Below are positions 45,001-52,521 of a stretch of DNA of 52,521 nt, piece after piece. This stretch comes from a virus (taxonomy: Duplodnaviria; Caudoviricetes). The position numbers and the translations under genes were made by a program. Within the stretch, counting starts at the first letter, position 1, and each line of letters starts with the position of its first letter. Location: positions 1-52,521 of the IMG/VR virus record IMGVR_UViG_3300020137_000002. One strand, 5' to 3'. The notes beneath the pieces are model-generated. The model ran no database searches. It saw only the letters and a program-made list of their open reading frames with translations, and was not told the origin of the DNA.

Positions 45001-46832
45001 CCGGAAAGTATTTGTTCTGGGACCTCGAAACCCATAACGCAGGTCGGCAGTACGAGATGACCCCGCGTGAGTTCGTGCGAACCATGCAGTATGCGTGGGA
45101 CGGCGGACCGGTAAGCATCACCACTGACTACGATGAGATGGTGGAGTTGGTGCGGTCGGCCCCGTATAACGTGACGCACAACGGGCTATCCTACGACATC
45201 CCCGTGCTCTTTGGAGCGGACTCCTTGGAGCCGTTGCAGATGGCGCTTAACCACAGGTGTATTGACACGTTTGCAATGGCGGCACTTGTTACCCCGGCCC
45301 CCTACTCATATACTGACGCATCGGGCCACACGTTCTATGACGCTTCCAAGCCAGAGGCCGCTAAGAAGTGGCTGAGTCTGGCGAACCTGTGCCACCAGTT
45401 CAACCTCCCCGGTAAGTTGGGGGACATGAAGAGTCTTGCCAAGCCCTACCAACCGGCCAAGACTCGTGTGGCCGACTATGACTATGGGCTTATCCCCCTG
45501 GATGACCCAGACTTCCTGGCTTACGCCGAGCAGGATGTAGTGGCCGTTCGTGGCCTGTTCCGGCACCTCCTGGGGGTGATGCAGGATATTGAGTATTCCG
45601 GCGAGTACATGTGGCGGGAGATGATTGTCACCGCCCTCAACGCCCGTATTAGTTGCAACGGCGTGCTGGTGGACCAGAAGGAGGCCCAGGCACGGGTTAA
45701 TGAACTGCTAGAAGCCCGCAACAAGACAATGGATTGGCTCGTGGAGGAGTTCGACTTCCCCACCGCTGGTAAGCAACCGTGGAAGTCTAACGCAGGTAAG
45801 GATGCCATTCTCCGAGCGTTGGAGTCGTTCGGCATCACCCCCGCCACAACCCCGAACTGGACCCCCACGGCTTCTGGCGCTCCGTCGTTCTCAGGTGAAA
45901 CAATGATTGCCATTACGGAGGGGACTGACGCAGAGGAACTAGGGCGTGCCCTTGCCTCACTTCAGGGACTCCGGTCACTTGCACAACTTGCACTGGACTC
46001 CACCTACCCGGACGGGCGAATCCACCCGGATATTACGTGCTTGCAACGTTCAGGACGCACTTCGGTGCAGAAGCCAGGACTTACTGTGTGGACTGCACGC
46101 GGCCCAGGGGCGGTGGAGAAGCGTTACTTCATTGCCGACCCCGGAACGTACATGGTGGAGTTTGACTATAGTGCGGCTGACGCCCGTGCTGTTGCCGCCG
46201 TGTCAGGGGATGAAGCCTATGCTGAACGGTTCGCACCCGGAGCAGACGCCCACGAGATTACTGGACGTATCTTCTACGGAGACAAGTATGATGAGGACCC
46301 CGCGTACTACCGCACTCGAACAAAGCCGGGAACGCACGGCATGTCCTACCGTATTGGTTCAAAGAAGTTGGCGGCAACCTTGGGGGTCACGGTTGCTGAA
46401 GCCGCCGGGTTCCTCCAAGCCTACCGTGATGCGTATCCGTGGGTGGCGCTGTGGCAGGACCGTGTGACGGCAGAGGGTGAGAACGGGTACGTGACCAACA
46501 CATGGGGTCGGCGTATGCCTGTGGACGCTAACCGGTCGTTCACTCAATCCTCCGCCCTCATTGGACAGTCATCAACCCGCGAGATTCTCTTTGACGGCCT
46601 CATCCGTATCGCGGTAGACGACATTGAGAAAACCCGGTGGATTCGTATGACGGTCCACGATGCGGTGGTGTTCTGCCTTCCAGCGGGGGATATCGAGAAG
46701 CATGTGGCGTATGTGGAGGAGAAGATGAGCATGGTATTCGACCCTGGCACCCCGGTGAGTCAGCCCATCCCCTTCGTGATGAGCCATGGGCCTATCAACG
46801 CAACCAACTGGTACAGTGCTAGCCACGAGTAG
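44997..46832 (+). CDS. polA: DNA polymerase family A with 3'-5' exonuclease
   Basis: DLETH, HNGLSYD, YAEQDV; QRSGRTS, DYSAADAR, RTRTKPGTHGMSY, VHD. Confidence 0.93.
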   Translation: MTGKYLFWDLETHNAGRQYEMTPREFVRTMQYAWDGGPVSITTDYDEMVELVRSAPYNVTHNGLSYDIPVLFGADSLEPLQMALNHRCIDTFAMAALVTPAPYSYTDASGHTFYDASKPEAAKKWLSLANLCHQFNLPGKLGDMKSLAKPYQPAKTRVADYDYGLIPLDDPDFLAYAEQDVVAVRGLFRHLLGVMQDIEYSGEYMWREMIVTALNARISCNGVLVDQKEAQARVNELLEARNKTMDWLVEEFDFPTAGKQPWKSNAGKDAILRALESFGITPATTPNWTPTASGAPSFSGETMIAITEGTDAEELGRALASLQGLRSLAQLALDSTYPDGRIHPDITCLQRSGRTSVQKPGLTVWTARGPGAVEKRYFIADPGTYMVEFDYSAADARAVAAVSGDEAYAERFAPGADAHEITGRIFYGDKYDEDPAYYRTRTKPGTHGMSYRIGSKKLAATLGVTVAEAAGFLQAYRDAYPWVALWQDRVTAEGENGYVTNTWGRRMPVDANRSFTQSSALIGQSSTREILFDGLIRIAVDDIEKTRWIRMTVHDAVVFCLPAGDIEKHVAYVEEKMSMVFDPGTPVSQPIPFVMSHGPINATNWYSASHE

Positions 46833-46844
46833 AAGGGAGGGGGC

Positions 46845-47423
46845 ATGAGCACCTATATCCTGAGTTTCGACCCCGGAAAGTCGAGCGGTATCGCGTATGG
46901 CAAGGTGGGGGTTGGTACACCGTATGAACTTATTGAGCGGTGGCAGTTCTCAGGGGGGTTGAGTGGCCTGCTGGGGTGGATGGACAGGTATCCTGATGTC
47001 TTCGACTATCCGCTATGTCCGCCTGCTGATGAGGATGACCACGTTATCATCTCTGAGAAGTTCGTACCACTCCAAGGCAAGGGTTTTGCCCAAACGCTAG
47101 ACTCTACGGAGCCGTTGCGGTGTGAGGGTGCGCTTGTCGCCCGGTACTACATGCCGGACTACCCGGACCCGCGATGGAGGCGACCTGCCGAGATGTACTT
47201 GTATGGTGGGTCTGACCTGACTGAGAAGAAGAAGCGTGCTAGGATGTTTCTGAAAGACCACGGCATCCTCACGACCGGGAAGAATGTAGGCCAGCCGGAC
47301 GGGGACGACGCCAACAGTGCCATCTGGCACGGTATCAGTTACGCGGCGCGGGTGTTGAAGCACCGGCCCACGTTTGAGTGGATAGCGGATTGGAGTAGGG
47401 AGGTGGGTAATGGAGGGTCCTGA
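46845..47423 (+). CDS. RuvC-like Holliday junction resolvase
   Basis: ILSFDPGKSSGIA, IISEKF, DDANSAIWH. Confidence 0.75.
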   Translation: MSTYILSFDPGKSSGIAYGKVGVGTPYELIERWQFSGGLSGLLGWMDRYPDVFDYPLCPPADEDDHVIISEKFVPLQGKGFAQTLDSTEPLRCEGALVARYYMPDYPDPRWRRPAEMYLYGGSDLTEKKKRARMFLKDHGILTTGKNVGQPDGDDANSAIWHGISYAARVLKHRPTFEWIADWSREVGNGGS

Positions 47424-47865
47424 TGTTCGAGTGTACTACGACGAGGTAACCATTGTCAACGAGGACGAGGAGCCGTATACGCTTAACCACGTACATCTTA
47501 ACGGAACCTGCGGGGGTGAGAACTGCGTGATTCACAACCCTTCGCAACACTCCCTGCAGGGGTGCCCCTTGTACTGGCACCTTGACGGGTTCTTCTACCG
47601 GGACGTGTTGGGGCTGTGGCTTGTTGACCCTGACCAGGAGTCGTTTTGGGAGAGCGTGGGGGACGAGCGTGCAACGGTGTGGAGCCGTCGCATGGAGGGG
47701 GCGGGCCGTATCATTGTCCCGCGCAATCGGGCGCGTTGTACCGCATGTGGTACCATCATCGAGTCCCCCGGTCGGCATGTGATGGTGGAGTGCCCGTGTG
47801 GGGCGTCGTTTGTCGATGGGGGCACCGCGTACCGGCGTCTTGGAGGGCAGGCACTTCCGATATGA
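47410..47865 (+). CDS. hypothetical protein with C-terminal zinc ribbon
   Basis: NRARCTACGTIIES..RH..VECPCGASFVDGG. Confidence 0.7.
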   Translation: MEGPDVRVYYDEVTIVNEDEEPYTLNHVHLNGTCGGENCVIHNPSQHSLQGCPLYWHLDGFFYRDVLGLWLVDPDQESFWESVGDERATVWSRRMEGAGRIIVPRNRARCTACGTIIESPGRHVMVECPCGASFVDGGTAYRRLGGQALPI

Positions 47866-48122
47866 TAAGAGTTATCTCTAATTATAAGCCCACTGTTTCA
47901 GGGGCGGCGACCGTTTTTGAGGATTGCACGGTCTACAGTGCTACCACGAGGACAAGGACCTCTACCTATACTGTCCCCCTCGGGGAGGACCGTAGGTTGT
48001 TTGAGGAACTCACCCGCCGCCAGGATAATGTTCCCGATTTCGTACGGTACCAAGGCCCCTACACTAATGAGTGGGGGTCCCAGTGGTACCGGGCAACGTG
48101 GTGGGAGGTTGACGTTGATTGA
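47862..48122 (+). CDS. hypothetical protein
   Basis: ATGA overlap. Confidence 0.55.
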   Translation: MIRVISNYKPTVSGAATVFEDCTVYSATTRTRTSTYTVPLGEDRRLFEELTRRQDNVPDFVRYQGPYTNEWGSQWYRATWWEVDVD

Positions 48123-48462
48123 CGCTGAAACCGAATGGCTCTTGGACATGTGGTACCGGTATGTTTCGATGGACCATCACAAGGAGAGGGACTGCCACTG
48201 GTACGTCTCTACCGACTTCCGCTATGGGCACGAGACTAAGTACACGGTATATCACGACGGGTATATCTGCGATGAGTCTGTCTACTTCGAGTGCTCGTCC
48301 TACAAGGAGGCCCTTGCGAAACTAAAGGATGCGGTGCTGGCGGCATTCCGCAGTCAACTAGAGTGGTCACGCCACGTTATCGCACACCCGGATGAATACG
48401 ATGGGGTTCAATACGAGCAAGCAAGCCTCGTCATTGATGTACTGAGGGGCTATAATGCATGA
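48115..48462 (+). CDS. hypothetical protein
   Basis: TTG with SD GGAGG; WYRYVSMDHHKERDCHWY. Confidence 0.65.
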   Translation: MIDAETEWLLDMWYRYVSMDHHKERDCHWYVSTDFRYGHETKYTVYHDGYICDESVYFECSSYKEALAKLKDAVLAAFRSQLEWSRHVIAHPDEYDGVQYEQASLVIDVLRGYNA

Positions 48463-48582
48463 ATGCTCCCGATGGGTGGAGTACGAAGTGCGTAACTGTG
48501 GCATGTGGCACATGGTTTGCACTGTCTGCTACCCCGGGGATGAGTGTCCAACTGGTAAACTGTATGGAGAACAGGAGGGTCT

Positions 48583-49722
48583 ATGAATCACGAACTTCAA
48601 TGCTTGGTGTGCCAGTATGGTCCGAGTGGAATTGACTGGGGGGCTAGCAACTGCGCCATCGGTGCGCAGGTAGGGTGCTCTGAAGCATCCGTACGCCGCC
48701 ACCGGAAATGGGCTGACGCCCTGGGCATCGGACCCGGTGACGAGGTGGATGTCGCTGTGTCCGAACCGGACGGTGGCACGTGGCGTCCCCGTCGGAAGTG
48801 GCAAAGCGCTTCGGGGGAGGTCATGTACTCGTGGGAGAACGTGGCGCAGGAGACACCTGCCGAGGTTCACCTGGATAACGAGCGTATCGACCTGCTTATC
48901 CGTGACTGGCCGACCGTCCCCGCCACGGGCCTTCTCGGTGCGGCGGAGTTCGCCTTTCCGGCAGACCTGCAACTTGGCAAGTCTGAGGGTGGTTCTGGCA
49001 CGGATGACACCATCCGCAAGTTCAAGGAGTCCATCGAGCGGGTAGCAGAGCGGTGGGCCGTCAAGCGCCCTAACGAGGGCTATTTGTGCGACATGGGCGA
49101 CCTGGTGGAGAACCTGTATTCGACACGGGGGCAGGTGTCCACGAACGACCGCACGTTGCCTGAGCAGTTGGAGGACGCAGTAGCACTGTACATGAACGCC
49201 ATTGGCCGGTTGCGACCGCTGTGTGGCGTGCTCACGTTCGCTACCGTGACCTCCAACCACGGCGAGGCGCGTAACGACCAGAAGAACAACCCGTACGACT
49301 CCGAGAACGACTGGGGCCTGTACATTCAGCGCATCATCCAGTCTCGGTGCGAGGACCGGGGGTGGCACGTGGAGTTCGCCCGCCCCGAGAAGTACCACGA
49401 CACAACAGTGGTGACGACTAAGGATGGCTCTGTTGTAGCGCTCACGCACGGCCACCACTCCGGCACGCCTGCCCGCATGAAAGAGTGGGTGAAGAACCAG
49501 ATTGTCGGCAACATGCCCGGCAAGGACGCTACCCTGTGGGTACACGGTCACTACCACCACCAAAGCAGTGATACCCTGGGGGATGACATCACCATTTTCG
49601 GAACCCCCTCCCTCGACCCCGGTTCGGCGTGGTTCACTAAGAAGTCCGGGGACCGCGCCCGGCAGGGCATCGTAGCCCTCACAGTGGCCGGGGGGAAGTG
49701 GTTCGACTACTCAATCCTCTAG
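48583..49722 (+). CDS. calcineurin-like (Mre11-type) metallophosphoesterase/exonuclease
   Basis: ADLQLGK, GDLVE, SNHGE, THGH, GHYHH; own TGGTAAACT element at 48553-48561. Confidence 0.85.
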   Translation: MNHELQCLVCQYGPSGIDWGASNCAIGAQVGCSEASVRRHRKWADALGIGPGDEVDVAVSEPDGGTWRPRRKWQSASGEVMYSWENVAQETPAEVHLDNERIDLLIRDWPTVPATGLLGAAEFAFPADLQLGKSEGGSGTDDTIRKFKESIERVAERWAVKRPNEGYLCDMGDLVENLYSTRGQVSTNDRTLPEQLEDAVALYMNAIGRLRPLCGVLTFATVTSNHGEARNDQKNNPYDSENDWGLYIQRIIQSRCEDRGWHVEFARPEKYHDTTVVTTKDGSVVALTHGHHSGTPARMKEWVKNQIVGNMPGKDATLWVHGHYHHQSSDTLGDDITIFGTPSLDPGSAWFTKKSGDRARQGIVALTVAGGKWFDYSIL

Positions 49723-49744
49723 GCTAGATTCCCCCGAATCAAGG

Positions 49745-49784
49745 CAAAACCCCCGCCAGGTGTAGGTGACTGGCGGGGGTTTTG
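49745..49784. terminator. bidirectional terminator between the convergent arms
   Basis: CAAAACCCCCGCCAG/CTGGCGGGGGTTTTG 15-bp inverted repeat. Confidence 0.9.
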
Positions 49785-49798
49785 TTGCGTGGCGTTGG

Positions 49799-50443
49799 CT
49801 AGCCAACGACCCAGGACACGCCGCCGAGGAACACACCAGCCGTGGAGGTCGCCTGCTGAGGGAGGACGGTAAGCGAGCCATCGACCTGCGGGGTGACGCG
49901 GAACGTGGCACCCACAGATGAGCCGATTGCAATCTGGGCTGCCACGTATCCCGACACGGGCCGCATGTCGGCGGGGATGCCACCCGACGCAACGATGGTG
50001 CTGTTTGTACCAGCCGCGCCCCAGTTTGTTGACGGCGTGACAACGCCACGCATCCACACGGCCATGCCGATGCGGCGTATCTGAAACACCTGAGTGGCAG
50101 TGAACCCGCTCGCAAGCGTCAACGTCACCCACCCGGTATCTTGTAGGGGCTGTGACAAGGGTACCCAGTTCACCCCGTCAACGGTGAACTCGATGTATCG
50201 GTTAGCGGAATTGTTTCCGCGCCACACCACGCACGGGTTTGCGGCGGTGGGGGTCCCCCCGACGCTCGCCACGAAGTCTGATAGGTAAGAGTCGCGTTCG
50301 GATGTATTCGCAACCCGTTGAATATGTACACCTGACGCCAAGACGTTAGACACGGACGCCATCCCCAGGTTAAGTGCTTCCGGGGAATATGGTGGGTCGT
50401 CCAGATCGTACTCCCACACGCCGTTTGCATCAAGTTGACCCAT
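49799..50443 (-). CDS. minor tail protein (receptor-binding-like)
   Basis: ATG 50443, SD GAGGA; DTGWVTLTL...QIRRIG..VWMRG...IPADMRP motifs. Confidence 0.75.
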   Translation of the reverse strand: MGQLDANGVWEYDLDDPPYSPEALNLGMASVSNVLASGVHIQRVANTSERDSYLSDFVASVGGTPTAANPCVVWRGNNSANRYIEFTVDGVNWVPLSQPLQDTGWVTLTLASGFTATQVFQIRRIGMAVWMRGVVTPSTNWGAAGTNSTIVASGGIPADMRPVSGYVAAQIAIGSSVGATFRVTPQVDGSLTVLPQQATSTAGVFLGGVSWVVG

Positions 50444-50462
50444 GATTACATTCCTCCTTATT

Positions 50463-51065
50463 TTAACTTCCGGTGTTAAGCCAGAACACGGTGACTCCCA
50501 GCCCGACACGAACAGTGCCCGCAGGGATGGGGAACGATATGTCTTCGAGCCAACTATAGATGATAACCGTGCGGTCCTCTGGGGCAATGGACTTAAAGTC
50601 GATAAACCGTGCTTGTGTGCCCTTCCCGAATACCGGCTCGACGGTATCCTCGCTGATGTCATACTGAGCAATCCAGTCCGGACCCGGAACCGCCCAGAAC
50701 GACTGGCCGAAAGCATAGGTAGTAAGTGACATCTGGGTCGAATCCGTATACCCCGATACATACCCCACAGACCCGATAACGAGCGCCGCATTGGCCCACT
50801 CAGGTGCCGTAAACGACATGTCTAGGTCTGGAACCCCACCCGTGAACGCGGCTGAAACATCTGCCTGCTTGGAGTCGCTCACCATCTGCGTTGTCAGGTG
50901 TCGAGTCACCGTACCCACTTGCTGGAAGCCCGCCGCCTGCTGGTTGGTGAGATTAAGCAGGTTATTCTCTAGCGCGGTGAGTCGGGCCTCGTGGTCGGCG
51001 TCCACCTTGTCCTTGAGGTTACCCCACGGAGCACTTTGGGCACTTAGCCCGTGTCGAATAGCCAT
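50463..51065 (-). CDS. minor tail protein
   Basis: 200 aa, N-terminal coiled coil, TAATG coupling. Confidence 0.65.
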   Translation of the reverse strand: MAIRHGLSAQSAPWGNLKDKVDADHEARLTALENNLLNLTNQQAAGFQQVGTVTRHLTTQMVSDSKQADVSAAFTGGVPDLDMSFTAPEWANAALVIGSVGYVSGYTDSTQMSLTTYAFGQSFWAVPGPDWIAQYDISEDTVEPVFGKGTQARFIDFKSIAPEDRTVIIYSWLEDISFPIPAGTVRVGLGVTVFWLNTGS

Positions 51066-52480
51066 TACGCATCCCTCTTCAATGGCTGTACCATCATATC
51101 AATCATTCGCTTCCCTTCCCACTGAGCAACCTGCGTAGCCATTGTCGTTTGGTCGCTCCACGCCTCTACTTGAGCCGCCATTGTCTTACGGGGGGTGGCA
51201 TCCACGCTTACCCCGGTGGGACTAAACGAGGCAGACGACACCCGCCATTCACAGTCATTATACACGAACACCTGAGATGCAGTAGAGCGGAAATTGGAAT
51301 CCACGTCGTCCATGTTCAGCGACAGGGTGTGCGTTACCCCGTTAGTGCGGGATGCAACCGCCGCGCCAGCCCGCAAGGCATCCGCATACGACGACACAAA
51401 CGGCACTTCAATGGTCTCACCGATTTCCTCGGTGGTGATACTCGCGGGGGCACCGGTGGGGAACAAGATAGACTTCGGGGTAGACCGCACACCGTCACCG
51501 GTAATACGCAACGAGTTGTAGGCGTTACCAGAGGACATGGCGACGCGGTACGGGGCATAGTCGGTACTGCTCGCTCCGTGAATGGTGACATTCAAGTACT
51601 TCGGGTCGTCATCGATTTCTACGTCAATGTAGCCCCCCTCAGCGTTCCACCGGGCCGCTGGAAAGGGGAGGTTGTCATTACCAATAATTGAGTACGCGCC
51701 ATCTGTGCCGTCGTAATAATCGGGGTCGGCCTCCACCCAGTCCACGCACTCGGGTTGGTTCACTGAGTACAACCACCCCCGAGACTCCACTCGGACTGTA
51801 ATGGTCTCACCGGCCTCCACCTGGTACACGGTGGCGTCAGCGTTGTTGATGGGGTACATCTCCCCCTGCACCGCCGACTCGTTGTTGTAGTAGTGAATCT
51901 CGTTGTATCGAGCCGGGTTGTACTGGTCAAGTGATTGGGAACGCCCGGTGACACGACCGAGGGAGAGCGTATCGGCGTCCTCCATGTGCTTGAGGGCATA
52001 CGTACCGTTCTCAAACACAAGGTCCATCCGTGCCACAGCCAGCAGGTTGCGAATCCATTCCCACATGTTCCCATAAAAGCCAGGGAGCACCCAAATCGCC
52101 GTCTCGTCATCGGGAACCGTGATGTAATACGGGTCGCCTGGATGAATCAACCCAACGTCGATGCACCAACCCCGCAGGTGGTCTTTTAGCATACGCGCAC
52201 CGGGGTACACACGGCGCACTACGTTGAACGCATTCAGCGGGCCGGTAAGCGTGACATTTGCGCTAGTCTCCGTCTCACTCCACGACGTAACCCTACCCAC
52301 AATCTCACCGTGCAGGTCATCCGTGAACACCTGCTCAGTACCGTACACCGAAACATCCACCTCATCGGCGGTGTACGTGACGGTTTCAATACCTCCCTGG
52401 CCGTTGACAGTATCCGGGTTGGCATCCTCTTGCACGGTCCAGCCGGTGATATCACCGTTGGCGTCAACAAACGTAGGCAC
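51065..52480 (-). CDS. minor tail protein (tail tip/hub)
   Basis: 471 aa; follows gene 89..949 across the circular join. Confidence 0.75.
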   Translation of the reverse strand: MPTFVDANGDITGWTVQEDANPDTVNGQGGIETVTYTADEVDVSVYGTEQVFTDDLHGEIVGRVTSWSETETSANVTLTGPLNAFNVVRRVYPGARMLKDHLRGWCIDVGLIHPGDPYYITVPDDETAIWVLPGFYGNMWEWIRNLLAVARMDLVFENGTYALKHMEDADTLSLGRVTGRSQSLDQYNPARYNEIHYYNNESAVQGEMYPINNADATVYQVEAGETITVRVESRGWLYSVNQPECVDWVEADPDYYDGTDGAYSIIGNDNLPFPAARWNAEGGYIDVEIDDDPKYLNVTIHGASSTDYAPYRVAMSSGNAYNSLRITGDGVRSTPKSILFPTGAPASITTEEIGETIEVPFVSSYADALRAGAAVASRTNGVTHTLSLNMDDVDSNFRSTASQVFVYNDCEWRVSSASFSPTGVSVDATPRKTMAAQVEAWSDQTTMATQVAQWEGKRMIDMMVQPLKRDA

Positions 52481-52521
52481 TGTTACTCAGCCTCCACTAG
52501 CGTACACTCCACGGCCCGGAA

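Noticed and set aside
52395-52521. 127-bp terminal repeat as a biological DTR
   Set aside because: 127 is a common assembler k-mer and the repeat cuts through tail genes, so a circular overlap is more likely.

Overview
The window is a complete, circularly closed genome (~52.4 kb) of a tailed dsDNA siphophage. Bases 1-127 repeat exactly at 52395-52521, which looks like an assembly overlap. The host is probably an actinobacterium (Micrococcales-like); this is inferred from a WhiB-like gene, leaderless genes, GTNAC-N6-GTNAC boxes and actinophage-type tail genes. No integrase or repressor is seen, so it is probably lytic. The minus-strand arm (21.3 kb down to 1, wrapping to 52.5-49.8 kb) holds an HslV-like protease, terminases, portal, a lysis cassette inside the head module, head genes, two paralogous tail-tube genes, a zinc-ribbon/Hef-like nuclease, a frameshifted tail chaperone, tape measure and tail tip genes. 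The plus-strand arm (22-49.7 kb) holds small early genes, a candidate origin, a doubly frameshifted DNA methyltransferase, helicase, WhiB-like protein, RNA ligase plus PNK, HNH, ERF, exonuclease, SSB, primase-polymerase, a divergent PolA, RuvC-like resolvase and a metallophosphoesterase. The standout is a 78-nt RNA gene (41858-41935) with its own promoter-like element that has every hallmark of the tmRNA tRNA-like domain but no mRNA/tag domain. Other leads: an ORF-less ~85-nt late transcript with two anti-Shine-Dalgarno loops, a family of late promoters lacking -35 elements, MtrA/GlnR-type boxes at four promoters, and a 37-aa CDSCQ-ending peptide coupled to the endolysin. All calls were made by eye; no database searches were run.
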